In this document: positions 1 through 9,714 of the stretch, one piece after another
How positions within the stretch are numbered: position 1 is the first letter of the stretch
How the letters are laid out: each line of letters starts with the position of its first letter
Origin: an uncultured virus (IMG/VR IMGVR_UViG_2698536638_000003)
Taxonomy: Duplodnaviria; Heunggongvirae; Uroviricota; Caudoviricetes
Length of the DNA stretch: 64,000 nt
IMG/VR virus record: IMGVR_UViG_2698536638_000003
Span: 1 to 64,000 of that record
Reading direction: 5' to 3' (one strand)
Translations under genes and position numbers: made by a program
The notes under the pieces: model-generated
The model's database searches: none
The model's input: the letters and a program-made list of their open reading frames with translations, nothing else
Told to the model about the DNA's origin: nothing

Positions 1-1023
1 TCAAAGTGTGTCTGGAACCATCTGATCGATAGCCCGCTTCAATGACGCCAAACCATTGTGGGAATAGCGCTTCGTCATTGAGTCGGTCTTGTGACCCATC
101 AGATCCTGCGTGGTAAACGACGACACACCGGACTGTATCAGCCATGATGCGAAGGTATGTCGCAGGTCATGGATATGAAGCTTCGGCATGCCCGCCCGCT
201 TGCGGATGCCGTTCCAGCTCGCCTTGAAATCGAACTGTGCCTTGCCCTCCTTTCTCCCTTTGAAGAGGTAGCCGACCCGGTGTGCTTCAGGTGTGTTCGA
301 AAGTGTGTCTCGAACCTCCTGCCGGAGCGGAATTCGTCTAGAACTGCTGTTTTTCGTGCGCTCGCCGTCAAGTTGTATGAGGCCGTGCTCCAGGTCGATC
401 TCGTCCCAGTTCAACTTCATGAGCTCCTGGTGGCGCATGCCGGTCCAGACCGCCAGGGTGATGAACATCCGCTGGTGGGCTTCCGTGCAGGCAGCAAGGA
501 GCTTCTCATAGTGATGGAAGTGCAGATACACCTCGCGGCGATCAGCATCCGCGATGTCCTTCTTGTCCAGGCCCTTGAGGGGGTTCCGGTCAACTCCACA
601 GTCCCAGCGTCGAGCATGTGTCATCAAGGTGCTCAAGAAAGCCAGGTCGCGCCGAAGCTGGACCGTCTTTCCTGTTTTCATCTTGGTCTTGATGTAGGTC
701 TGGACGCGCTCTTCATCTAGTACCCGCAACGGAAAATCCCCGAGCACCTCGACGATGTTGGTGAGGCTCGTCGTGTAGTGGCGCCTGGTGGCTTTCGAGT
801 ACGGCCGGCGCCGAGGATGCTCGAAGAGCTTCTCCGTCGCTTTGACGACCAGAAGGTCGTTGTCCAGCAGAAGTGCCGCGTTTAGCTCTTGCTCGAGGCG
901 ATCTGCCTCCGCTTGAGCAGCCTTTGGACATTTGAGGCCAGTGGACCTTCTAATGACGTTGCCCCCGACGTTGAGGCGGGCTTGGTAGGTGCTTGATCTC
1001 TCTCGTATGTAAATGTCGGCCAT
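1..1023 (-). CDS. int: Tyrosine recombinase / phage integrase (340 aa from MADIYIRER)
   Basis: Catalytic motifs TGMR, K (RTKN), HDLRH, LMGH and RY; N-terminal arm-binding-like region. Confidence 0.95.
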   Translation of the reverse strand: MADIYIRERSSTYQARLNVGGNVIRRSTGLKCPKAAQAEADRLEQELNAALLLDNDLLVVKATEKLFEHPRRRPYSKATRRHYTTSLTNIVEVLGDFPLRVLDEERVQTYIKTKMKTGKTVQLRRDLAFLSTLMTHARRWDCGVDRNPLKGLDKKDIADADRREVYLHFHHYEKLLAACTEAHQRMFITLAVWTGMRHQELMKLNWDEIDLEHGLIQLDGERTKNSSSRRIPLRQEVRDTLSNTPEAHRVGYLFKGRKEGKAQFDFKASWNGIRKRAGMPKLHIHDLRHTFASWLIQSGVSSFTTQDLMGHKTDSMTKRYSHNGLASLKRAIDQMVPDTL

Positions 1024-1214
1024 TGATGGACCTTCCTCTGTTGTTGAGAAACATCCATGTTGTTCAGCCACTGCTCGACTTCTGTCAAGCGGAACCGAAA
1101 CTGTCGGCCGAGCTTTACAGCACCCGGGATCATACCCCGCGCTGCCCAATACCTGATAGTCCTGTCAGACACAGCTAGCTTGTCAGCCAGGTGCTTTGCC
1201 GAAAGCCACACCAC
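882..1214 (-). CDS. xis: Excisionase-like helix-turn-helix protein
   Basis: WLSAKHLADKLAVSDRTIRYWAARGMIPGAVKLGRQFRF is a typical Xis/HTH_17 pattern; directly upstream of int and overlapping it; GTG start inferred. Confidence 0.75.
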   Translation of the reverse strand: MVWLSAKHLADKLAVSDRTIRYWAARGMIPGAVKLGRQFRFRLTEVEQWLNNMDVSQQQRKVHQWPTFTYERDQAPTKPASTSGATSLEGPLASNVQRLLKRRQIASSKS

Positions 1215-1317
1215 GATCCGCCGCCCAAAAGTTGGATGTTTAAAGATGACGGGTCTGTACCGGAATGGGACAGGACAACACAAGTCCAATTTCACACTTG
1301 GTAACAAAAAATTAATT

Positions 1318-1545
1318 TTATTGATGCGCTTTGTTATGCCTCGCTAATATGCGCAACACGTCCGGATGGACGGTGGTGTGGAGCCTCTCTAACAGCTTGA
1401 CGCCCTCCTTGATCACTGTAAAAGAGGGCGTCAGAGCAAACATATCTTCATCGTCATAATGAAGGTCGAGCTCAGTCGCGAGCTCGAGCAAGAGGCGACT
1501 GATCGTCTCTTTATCTTGGTCGGTGATTTTCTCGTTCTCCGGCAT
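1318..1545 (-). CDS. Hypothetical protein (75 aa)
   Basis: ORF MPENEKIT..., in the same direction as its neighbours. Confidence 0.55.
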   Translation of the reverse strand: MPENEKITDQDKETISRLLLELATELDLHYDDEDMFALTPSFTVIKEGVKLLERLHTTVHPDVLRILARHNKAHQ

Positions 1546-2254
1546 GTCCAGCAATTTCGTCCACCCGTTTCTTTTGCGTGCCGTGGGCGGGGAAGCCTAC
1601 TATTACTCCCTTCCTTTCTCCATCAGCACATACGCCACACTGTGTACAACTTACGTCTGTATATGTCGCCGGGCAGACTGCGATTTTCCTACCTTTTGGA
1701 GTGTAGTTAGCCAGTTCTTTTGCCCGTCGTCTGTAATCACTTAGACTTTCGTCTTTTTTCCTTCCGTAGACCGAATTTAGTACGACAGCTACTGGCAGAT
1801 CGAGGTCCGCCAGCTCATCAGCTTTCTGTATGCTATCAGCAGACAGGTTGATGTTTAATCCTTGTGCAGCCACCTCACGAATGATTGCGATATTATCATG
1901 GCTCGGTGGCTTGTGTGTGAAGACGATCGCACGTTTTCCCTTGCTTGCCTTAGCAATAGCTAAAACTGCATCACGGTCAATCTTATCTCCGGTGCCAGGG
2001 AGGTCGCCAGCTTGTCCGTAACGCCAAAGCGCTCCGCGGTTAAGCTTGCGAATTGGCTCCAGTGCTTCGTCCAGATCAGATCCGCGTTCCCCAGAGGTCA
2101 CCTGGTCCCAATGCAGTTTCAGCGGGCCGGTCATCGCATAGCAGCCGCCACGCTTTAACGGACAACTGTCCGGACAAGTTTCACGAGAGCTCGTCATTAC
2201 CGGCATGGGGCCGGTCTTCGCGTTCCGAGAGATCGGTGTCGTATGAAAGCGCAT
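1511..2254 (-). CDS. Phage gp88-like Cys-rich protein (possible Fe-S / radical-SAM-related)
   Basis: NAKTG, TCPDSCPLKRGGCYA, WRYGQAGDL and CPA...CTQCGVC...FPAHG motifs resemble the phage 'gene product 88' family. Confidence 0.65.
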   Translation of the reverse strand: MRFHTTPISRNAKTGPMPVMTSSRETCPDSCPLKRGGCYAMTGPLKLHWDQVTSGERGSDLDEALEPIRKLNRGALWRYGQAGDLPGTGDKIDRDAVLAIAKASKGKRAIVFTHKPPSHDNIAIIREVAAQGLNINLSADSIQKADELADLDLPVAVVLNSVYGRKKDESLSDYRRRAKELANYTPKGRKIAVCPATYTDVSCTQCGVCADGERKGVIVGFPAHGTQKKRVDEIAGHAGERENHRPR

Positions 2255-2270
2255 CTTTTCCTCGCAAAGA

Positions 2271-2299
2271 AAAAGGGCGCCCCGAAGGACGCCCTTTTT
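2271..2299. terminator. Bidirectional intrinsic terminator
   Basis: AAAAGGGCG-CCCCGAAGGA-CGCCCTTTTT hairpin with A and T tracts, downstream of rIIB. Confidence 0.8.
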
Positions 2300-2327
2300 G
2301 TTCAAGCTGGTTGTTGGTTGGTGTTGG

Positions 2328-3179
2328 CTAGTTGAGCAGCCTCTTGGTCCAGGCTTTCAGCTTGCCGAAGATGCCCGTTGTTGGCGCCGGGTGTTGCGCA
2401 GCCCACGCCTCGTCAAAGGCGTCGTTCTCGTCGTCGTAGAAGGTCGAATAGACCGGCTGTGGGAAAGCGTGCTGCGCCTCTTCGTGAGGCACCTCATCGA
2501 CGATGGTGTACCGGCAGGCGCGGCCCTTGCTCGAACCTTCCTGGGGGAAAGCAACCACGTCGGCCGGGTTGATCTTGAGCACGAGCACATGGCCTTCAGT
2601 GCCGACGTAGACCGGCAGATAGTCCCACGAGCAGAAGTGGAGACCCGCCGAGCAGGTTCTGAAGCGATCGGCGTCGCACTCTTTCCTCGGGAGGAAGATG
2701 GTCGAGCCGACATGGTTCAGCGTCTTGCGGTCGTGAAACGACAGGTAGTCGGGATCGACCTTCTTGTAGGCGAGGAAGTAGCCGTCAGGGGTGATCGGCA
2801 TGCCTGCCTTCTCCAGCCACTCGAAGAGATCGTTCTTGATCACGGGCTCGGGGTTGAGCTGGAGCCGCTTCAGGAAATTGATCCAGGGCGTGGCTGGCTG
2901 GCCCCGCTTCAGGAGGTCGATGATCCTGAGCGTCAGGTAGTTGTGGAGGGGCTCGTCGTTGTAGGTGAGCCCGTCGTAGCCGACACGGATCAGCTCGTCC
3001 TCGTAGAGCAGGTGCTTTCGCAGAGCTGCAGCCAGGTCGAACAGATCCTCGCCGAGGTCTCCGTTTTCACGGAGCCGGCGCTTGATAATGTCGAAGTTCG
3101 GATGAGAGGAGTCGATCGTCTTGAGATCTCCGCCGACGAAGGCGGAGATCGTGTTCCCGGAAATGACGTGCGGGATCAT
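2328..3179 (-). CDS. rIIB: rIIB-like protein
   Basis: DLFEWLE...PITPDGYFLAYKKV...CSAGLHFCSWDYL...KINPADVV...KGRACRY match the T4 rIIB family; follows rIIA. Confidence 0.88.
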   Translation of the reverse strand: MIPHVISGNTISAFVGGDLKTIDSSHPNFDIIKRRLRENGDLGEDLFDLAAALRKHLLYEDELIRVGYDGLTYNDEPLHNYLTLRIIDLLKRGQPATPWINFLKRLQLNPEPVIKNDLFEWLEKAGMPITPDGYFLAYKKVDPDYLSFHDRKTLNHVGSTIFLPRKECDADRFRTCSAGLHFCSWDYLPVYVGTEGHVLVLKINPADVVAFPQEGSSKGRACRYTIVDEVPHEEAQHAFPQPVYSTFYDDENDAFDEAWAAQHPAPTTGIFGKLKAWTKRLLN

Positions 3180-3181
3180 TG

Positions 3182-5179
3182 TTACCTCGCGATGAGCTTG
3201 AGATAATGGCTCAGGTGGTCGTCGTTGTCGGCGAGCACGCTGAGTAGTGGGTACTTGGCGACCAGCCCATTGAACTTGTCGCGGAAGTCCGTCTTGATGT
3301 CCGGCAGCATCTTGCCGGTCACCTGGACCCACAGCTGGGACAGGAGAACATCCTGGTAGCTGTTGGTCGGCATGTTTTTCGCCTTCGCGAGGAGATCACG
3401 GAGACGCTTCGGCAGCTGGTCGAGCCGATTGAGCAGAACCGCTGCCAGGCGCTGGTTGCGGAAACCGCTCACATCGCTCTTGATGACGTAGGCCTTGGCG
3501 TTGAAGCTCGACGCCGTGTCCTTCAGCAACTGGTCGAGGTGGACCCAGCCTGGCCGGTCTTTCGGCAGGCCACGCTGGTTCTTCATCAGAACGATGACCT
3601 CGGAGTTGTGGTCGAGGATGTCCATGTTCTTCAACCGCTTGACGTAGCGGTCCTGCACCTGGTCGAACTCGAGCACCTCGCCGAAGACTTCGTACTTGCT
3701 GGCGTCGGAGAAGATGTAGACGGCCTTCTCCGGCTCCGGGACGATGTTCCGATGGGCATCGAACCTGCGGATGTCCTGCTTCGTCAGGGCGACCCGAGGG
3801 CGTCTGTTTGCGCGGGGCAGCTTGAGGCGCTCGAAGGTGCGGAGGTCGAGGACGTTCTCGACGCCATAATAGGCGGCGATCGCCTCCTTGCTCTGGCCCT
3901 TCACCCACAGGATGCTGTCCTCTGCGTCGTTCTCCCAGCGGAACATCCGCATCCGGTCCTTGCCGAAGGTGCAGTCCTCGGCTTCCCAGATGATGGTCAG
4001 GAGCTTCAGCTCCTCGGGGGTGAGCGAGGGTGCCGTCTGATAGTAGCGGGAGCGGCCTACGGGCTGGCGTGGTGGGGCGAACTTGACGTCGGCCGCCCAG
4101 CTGTCGAGCACTGCGGCTCTGCCAGCGCTGAGATAGGAAAACGTGGTGCGCAGCGGGCGCTTACCGCGCCACACTGGTTCCTTGATCATGGCTTTCCCGA
4201 GCCGATGGCTCAGTTCCCGGTACTTGATACAGGCGTCGAGATAGTTGTCCGGCTCGTCGAGCGCCGCCTGGAGCTCTTTTGCGATGTGCCGGCGGATTTC
4301 CTGCCAGATCATGCGCAGGTTGTCCTTGGTGGGCTCGTCGTAGCCCAGCTGCTCACGCGAGGTCTGGACGCTGGCGGTGCCGATCGGAACGTCGATGATG
4401 ACCGGGATGCGCAGCACGTCCGTGTCGTCGATCTCTACCAGCTGGGTGATGTCAAGCGGGTAGAGGACGCAGCCCTGGCGGATGTGCGGGGTCTTGATGT
4501 GGACCGAGTTGACGATGCGGTAGTCCGTGCCGGCCATGAGCGTCGTCGGGGACGCAGGGGTCCACTGGTCGTTCAGGATGTTCGGCATCGGGTCGAAACC
4601 GATCATCACTCGCTCGATCGCAGTGCGGAAACGCTGGATGTCGCCCTGCTGGACAGGGAACTTGATCATCAGACCACGGCGCTCGTAGCTCTCTTCCTCG
4701 GCGGCGAGGCTGACGGTGGGCGAGCCGCCTTCGTCCAGGAAGCAGACATACTCACGCTTGGACGCACCATCGAAGCAGGTGATGACGTACTGCGTGGTGT
4801 AGGCGAACGGCGACTTCATGCCGAGGCCAAGCATGCCGACCTGGCTGTTGTCGCCACGTTTGTTGGAGCCGAACAGCGTGGTCGCCCGCTGCATGACGTC
4901 TTCGTGATCCATGCCGGGGCCGAAATCGCGGACCATGAAGTACGGGCTGAAGGTCGATGGCGCCATCAGCTGGAAGGGCACGTCGTGCTTCCCGACAGCG
5001 ATGTGGGCGTCATAGGCGTTGGTCGCCAGTTCGCGAACCGGCGCCTGGATCTTGTCGGAGTAGATGCCGTCGATCACCGCATGGAAGGCGAAGGCGTTCA
5101 TTTCGAAGCCGAACTTGCGGGCCTCGGTCAGGCCGCCCGAGTGGAAATCCTCGGAGCGGCGGTTGTTGAGTATCATCAT
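3182..5179 (-). CDS. rIIA: rIIA-like protein with N-terminal GHKL ATPase domain
   Basis: IYSDKIQAPVRELATNAYDAH, RDFGPGM and GMLGLGMKSPFAYT motifs; paired with rIIB. Confidence 0.9.
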   Translation of the reverse strand: MMILNNRRSEDFHSGGLTEARKFGFEMNAFAFHAVIDGIYSDKIQAPVRELATNAYDAHIAVGKHDVPFQLMAPSTFSPYFMVRDFGPGMDHEDVMQRATTLFGSNKRGDNSQVGMLGLGMKSPFAYTTQYVITCFDGASKREYVCFLDEGGSPTVSLAAEEESYERRGLMIKFPVQQGDIQRFRTAIERVMIGFDPMPNILNDQWTPASPTTLMAGTDYRIVNSVHIKTPHIRQGCVLYPLDITQLVEIDDTDVLRIPVIIDVPIGTASVQTSREQLGYDEPTKDNLRMIWQEIRRHIAKELQAALDEPDNYLDACIKYRELSHRLGKAMIKEPVWRGKRPLRTTFSYLSAGRAAVLDSWAADVKFAPPRQPVGRSRYYQTAPSLTPEELKLLTIIWEAEDCTFGKDRMRMFRWENDAEDSILWVKGQSKEAIAAYYGVENVLDLRTFERLKLPRANRRPRVALTKQDIRRFDAHRNIVPEPEKAVYIFSDASKYEVFGEVLEFDQVQDRYVKRLKNMDILDHNSEVIVLMKNQRGLPKDRPGWVHLDQLLKDTASSFNAKAYVIKSDVSGFRNQRLAAVLLNRLDQLPKRLRDLLAKAKNMPTNSYQDVLLSQLWVQVTGKMLPDIKTDFRDKFNGLVAKYPLLSVLADNDDHLSHYLKLIAR

Positions 5180-5439
5180 GGTCGAGTTTCCTTGTGCATG
5201 GCTTCGCCGTGGCGCTCAGAGGCGCGGGAAGAAGCGATTGAGAAGGGAGGTTGGTCGGTTAGGCTGCGAGGCGCAGTGGCCTGAGCATCTTCATGTGGGT
5301 TTCGGCGGCCGAGTAGTCGGGGTGGCGGCCAAGGATGCGTCCGGTCGGGCTCGTCACCCACCAGGTGTCCCAGCCCTCTTCGAAGGGCAGCTTCATGTTG
5401 GCGACGTCCTTTCGGGTGAGCACGTCGCCGGTCGCCGGC

Positions 5440-5745
5440 TCATAGACCTGTATCTGCAAGGAGTTTCTCCATTTTCTGACGTTGCCCAGGCAAGACCTCG
5501 GCCACCGGCTGGCCCTTGATGAGCAGCAGGTAGCGGAAGTTGGCCTGGAAGATTTCGATTGGTTTGGAATTGGCTTCGAGGGCGGCGATGCCATCCAGCG
5601 TGACTGTCTCGCGGCCGATCGACCATTCCTCGGTCGTCCAGCCACGACGGTGCATCGCCTTGATGGCGCTGTACTCGGCACCGGCGGGGTACAGCCGGTT
5701 GGTGAGCATTGCTCGAACGAGCAGCTCTTTCTGCTTTGGTGTCAT
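5440..5745 (-). CDS. Hypothetical early protein
   Basis: 101-aa ORF in the leftward cluster. Confidence 0.6.
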   Translation of the reverse strand: MTPKQKELLVRAMLTNRLYPAGAEYSAIKAMHRRGWTTEEWSIGRETVTLDGIAALEANSKPIEIFQANFRYLLLIKGQPVAEVLPGQRQKMEKLLADTGL

Positions 5746-5766
5746 GTTCTTGTTCTCGCCTTGTCG

Positions 5767-5970
5767 TCAGACTGGTTGTGCGTCTTCGACGTCTCGATCT
5801 CGGACAATGAGCGTGTAGTTTTCGAGATCGGTGATCTTGTCCGCGTTGACGAAGGCGTCTTCGGCGGCGTCAGCCGGCCGCTCTCCTTCGTAAACCTCGA
5901 CCACAAAATTATGGACGATGGTCTCTACGACCGTCACATTGAACTTGCGACACTCATCATTTTGTTCCAT
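5767..5970 (-). CDS. Hypothetical acidic protein
   Basis: ORF MEQNDECRKFNVTVVET... Confidence 0.5.
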   Translation of the reverse strand: MEQNDECRKFNVTVVETIVHNFVVEVYEGERPADAAEDAFVNADKITDLENYTLIVRDRDVEDAQPV

Positions 5971-6000
5971 AGGGGCGATAGCGCTCATCAGGAGGTTCCC

Positions 6001-6228
6001 TTGGTTAAACAGGACAACATTGATCTGACCGACAAGAGCATGGACGAGCTCGAAGCTATCCACGAGGCGGTGATGGCGGCGAAAGAGGCGAAGGCGATCG
6101 ACCATCAGAACGAGCTGATCCGCGAGTATCAGGATCTGAAAACCCGCATGGTGAAGGCCGGTGTGGTGAAGGAAGACCAGCTTCCGAATTTCAAGATCCG
6201 GGGGTGGACTCGGAAGAAGCCGAACTGA
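6001..6228 (+). CDS. Small coiled-coil protein resembling an H-NS oligomerisation domain (moron)
   Basis: GGAGG Shine-Dalgarno at 5991-5995, TTG start; IDLTDKSMDELEAIHEAV... helical pattern; opposite strand to its neighbours. Confidence 0.55.
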   Translation: MVKQDNIDLTDKSMDELEAIHEAVMAAKEAKAIDHQNELIREYQDLKTRMVKAGVVKEDQLPNFKIRGWTRKKPN

Positions 6229-6553
6229 TCCAGCGGATCTCTTTGCCTGCGGCCTTGGCGTGAGCCCTGGCCAGGAAGGCCGGCACGAAGTCCGGCACCT
6301 CAATGTAATTCCGCTCGATCACTTCGGGCGGCGCAACCTCTGGCTCCAGCACGGCGCCGACAGGGGTGGGAGCCTCCTCGGGCGCCGGCTCCTTCTTCAG
6401 GCCCATCAGGCCGTTCAGGAATGCCGCCAGCTCTTCGCGGGTCTCAATCACCAGCTTGAAGTTGGCGTCCGGCTTGAGGCCGAGGGCACGTCGGTGCGCC
6501 TCGGCGTCGTTCTTCATCGGGAACCAGCCCCGCTCGACGTTGTAGACGATCAC
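6191..6553 (-). CDS. Hypothetical protein
   Basis: GTG start overlapping the upstream stop codon. Confidence 0.6.
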   Translation of the reverse strand: MIVYNVERGWFPMKNDAEAHRRALGLKPDANFKLVIETREELAAFLNGLMGLKKEPAPEEAPTPVGAVLEPEVAPPEVIERNYIEVPDFVPAFLARAHAKAAGKEIRWISSASSESTPGS

Positions 6554-7062
6554 TTCACCAGCTCCTTCGCTGCTCGCACCATGTCCATGAAGGCGCTGTA
6601 CTCGCCGCAAAGACGATCGTCGTCGAAATCCGCGATCATCTCGCCGACATCCTCGTAGCCGCCGTCGAAGATTTTGCCGTCCTCGCCCTTGCGGGCGTCG
6701 AACTCTTCCTCCGGGGTGGTCAGGCGAGCCATCTGCTTGACGAACTCCTCCATCCGCTCATAGCGGTCGGTGTCGTAGTTCAGGGGCTTCTCGCCGCGGT
6801 CGTCGCTGTCGATGGTGATGCCGGACATTGTGATCCGGACGTTGACCGGCTCGTCGTGGAGGGGGTCGTAGCAGTGGGCAACCAGATGGTTGTCGTTGAT
6901 CTCGATCCAGATCACTCGCTTGGTCTTATCGGGGCACTCGGCCTCGACGTCGATCCGCGAGAGCTCCGACTTGATGTTGACCACCCACTGGCGGGTGTCC
7001 GTCGTCTCGTCGGCGCCGCCGTCTTCGATCGACCAGTCCTGCATGTTTAGACGGGCGTGCAT
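6550..7062 (-). CDS. Hypothetical protein; N-terminal half paralogous to 33906-34208
   Basis: 170-aa ORF with visible alignment to the 33.9-kb ORF. Confidence 0.65.
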   Translation of the reverse strand: MHARLNMQDWSIEDGGADETTDTRQWVVNIKSELSRIDVEAECPDKTKRVIWIEINDNHLVAHCYDPLHDEPVNVRITMSGITIDSDDRGEKPLNYDTDRYERMEEFVKQMARLTTPEEEFDARKGEDGKIFDGGYEDVGEMIADFDDDRLCGEYSAFMDMVRAAKELVK

Positions 7063-7460
7063 GTTCCTGCCTCAATGATGTTGGTGTTGTCGTCCAGCGT
7101 GATGGCGTCGATCGTGACCTTGTCGATCAGGTCGACCATCTTGCTCTGCACGACCAGCTCGTAGACGTGCTCGGCGATCACCTCCGGCGTGATGGGGCCG
7201 GCGTAGATGCCGAGCGTGATGATGCAGCTCATGTCGACCTTGAGACGGACGTTGACGTCGTCGATGGTCGGTTTGGCCGTCTGCTCATGCACCAGGGCGC
7301 CACAGTGGTTGCACTCGCCGGCCGGCATGGGCTCGCCGGGGCCGACGCGCTCCTGGATGTGATGGATGTAGGTGCGGAAGCCGTCGTCGAGGCTTTCGCT
7401 CCCGGTGGCGTCGTCATCGGTGAACACCCGACCGCAGTCGCCGCATTCATATTTGCTCAT
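7047..7460 (-). CDS. Putative zinc-ribbon protein
   Basis: CGDC ... CNHC cysteine pairs. Confidence 0.6.
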   Translation of the reverse strand: MSKYECGDCGRVFTDDDATGSESLDDGFRTYIHHIQERVGPGEPMPAGECNHCGALVHEQTAKPTIDDVNVRLKVDMSCIITLGIYAGPITPEVIAEHVYELVVQSKMVDLIDKVTIDAITLDDNTNIIEAGTCTPV

Positions 7461-8113
7461 CGGATCGCCTCCAGATCGTACTTCTCGCCGTAGCGCTTGA
7501 CCTGGTCGGTGGGCTCGACGTTGAAGTCGAACCAGGTCTCGAGGAATTCCGCCTTCGACAGGCCGGCGTCTTCGATCGTGATGCCGTAGAGGCGCTTGAA
7601 CTCCCAGTCGCTGCTGCGGAAGTATTCCTCCTTCGCGCTCTCATGGGTCAGGAGCTGGAGCTTAGTCGTTGCCGGGTCGCGGGACGTCTCGCCGGGGGCC
7701 AGGCAGCTGACCATCGCCGGGATAATCTCCCAGTCGTAGGCGCCGGAGGCCCGATACCACTCGGGCAGCAGCTCGTAGACTTCGAGCACCCACTGGCCGA
7801 TCTTGATGCTCTCGTGGCGCAGCTCGACCGAGCCGACCGCCTCGCGGTATTCCATCCAGGCGGGGCTGGAGGGCTGTTCGCCGACAACGGTGACTTCGTT
7901 GAGGTGCTCCCAGACGCAGAGCGCCGCCTCCATTTCGAGGTGGCTGTAGGCCAGCGGCACCTCGACCGACATGTTCTGCCTGAAAACCTTGGCGCCGGCC
8001 TTGATCAGATCGTCGGCCTCGGCCTTGGCGGCCTTCTCAGTGGCCGCGAGTGATCTGGCGATACCCGGCACGGAGTCATGCTCACCTTCGATGTAGAAGA
8101 GGTCGATTTTCAC
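7457..8113 (-). CDS. Hypothetical protein (218 aa)
   Basis: Start/stop overlaps with both neighbours. Confidence 0.65.
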   Translation of the reverse strand: MKIDLFYIEGEHDSVPGIARSLAATEKAAKAEADDLIKAGAKVFRQNMSVEVPLAYSHLEMEAALCVWEHLNEVTVVGEQPSSPAWMEYREAVGSVELRHESIKIGQWVLEVYELLPEWYRASGAYDWEIIPAMVSCLAPGETSRDPATTKLQLLTHESAKEEYFRSSDWEFKRLYGITIEDAGLSKAEFLETWFDFNVEPTDQVKRYGEKYDLEAIR

Positions 8114-8286
8114 AGGGATCTCCTTCGCTGAACGTGGCGCTCGGCGCCTTCGGCGGATTTCATGGCTTGACGGACCTTCTGGACGGCCTTCTTCGCGCCG
8201 ATCTGCTTGAGGAGGTTGCGGGCCTCACGCAGATGCTGGACAGCACGAAGCGCCGCCAGAGCGTCGTGCGCTGTGGCGGGTGTCAT
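8110..8286 (-). CDS. Small basic helical protein (58 aa)
   Basis: MTPATAHDALAALRAVQHLREARNLLKQIGAKK...; GGAG Shine-Dalgarno; stop overlaps the next start. Confidence 0.55.
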   Translation of the reverse strand: MTPATAHDALAALRAVQHLREARNLLKQIGAKKAVQKVRQAMKSAEGAERHVQRRRSL

Positions 8287-8305
8287 GTTCGTCTCCGGGT
8301 GGGTG

Positions 8306-9713
8306 TTAGGTGGGCTCCGACCGGTCCAGCAGGAGGGTGATGGCCCGTGTCAGGGCCTGACAATCCTTCACGGCGATCTTCTTGCCGGTGACCCGCACCA
8401 TCAGCGCGTCGATCGTGTTGACGATCTCGACGCGGCGCAGGGCGCGGTCGATGTACCAGGGCTTGATCTGGTCAGCCGGCAGTTCCTCGGCGTCGTCAGG
8501 GATCAGCTGGCTCTCCAGCCATTCCCGGCCCGCTTCGTCGAAGAAGACCGTTTGGCCGGCGAGGGTGGCGGTCTCCTGGCTATCCCAGTCGGGCTGGGTT
8601 CCGGACCCGTCGAAGTCGAAGGAACCGTCGTCGTTCCAATTGATCCCGCACTCGCCGAGGATCACTTCCTTGGTGCGGTCGATGGCTGTTCCGTCAGGCG
8701 CTTTCATAGCTCACCTCAAAGGGCTCGGAGTTCATGAAGAGGCTGGAAAACTCGCGCGCCTCTTTCTCTTGGCGCTCAAATTGCTCGGCGAGATATGGAT
8801 GTTTCCACTCCCGCAGGTTGATTGCGTTGTCCTTGAAGCGGTCTGCAGCGGCTTCACAAATGTTCGAGAGCGACTGGAGGTCGCTTTCGCTGAGTTGACG
8901 GGTGGTCATTTGATCTCCGTGTAGATGGTGAGGACGTGGCCCTCGTAATCCCAATCGCCGTAGCCGCTGATGTTGGGCTTGCAGTCGATCTTGACCGGGT
9001 CGTCTGCCAGAAGGTCCGGACGGGTGCTATGCCACCAACGTATTATGGCACTCTCCACATCTTGTGGGGTCAGCGAGACCGTGGTCTTGACGACCTTCTT
9101 TGTGACCGTGACGTCGATCTCGGTGTCGATCTGCTCTATCTCCATCGACGTGGGACCAAGTTGTCGCGCAGGATCTTCCAAAGCGGGATTTCGACCACCA
9201 CCTCGTCGGTCGAGAACGTGTCGAGGTAGCCGCTGAATATCTGGACGTACTCATGAGGGTCTTTCACAAACGCCTCGTAGCTGACCAGGTCGCCGTTGTT
9301 GGGCTCGACCACCGTCTCGTAGAGGTGGCGGTGGAGTTGGTCCTCGGTGGCGAAGGCAAAGGACTGGGTGCCGTTTTCGTCGTCGGTCGCCAGGGTCTGG
9401 ATGGTGATCTTCATGCCGCCACGAGCTCCCTCATGATCTCGATGTCGGAGTGATCGGAGATCACGTCCTCATCGTTGCCGTGGATGAGCTGCAGCCAGCC
9501 GACCTTGCTGCCGTCTTCGGCCTTGCGGAAGACCAGTTCGGTTGCATCGGTGGCGGCGATCTCGTGGGTGATCTTCTCGTAGTCGCCGGATTTCTTCAGC
9601 GCCCACTCCTCACCGTCGTAGACGGAGACGACATAGCCCAGGCCCAGGGCCTTCTTGATCAGGGCACCGATGATCTTGGCCTCGGTCGGCCTCAAGTAGC
9701 TGGGGAATGCCAT
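8306..9713 (-). CDS. Five coupled small hypothetical genes (8306-8707, 8694-8909, 8906-9145, 9136-9414, 9411-9713)
   Basis: Head-to-tail ORFs with overlapping starts and stops. Confidence 0.6.
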
Positions 9714-9714
9714 T

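Noticed and set aside
1..60. att core site
   Set aside because: The window starts at the integrase stop codon; no flanking sequence or partner repeat is available.
2298..5284. Long plus-strand ORFs (2298-3206, 3539-5284) and similar shadows (22503-24608, 45216-46667, 51560-52972, 58643-60301)
   Set aside because: Antisense shadows of real genes, expected in high-GC DNA; no motifs.
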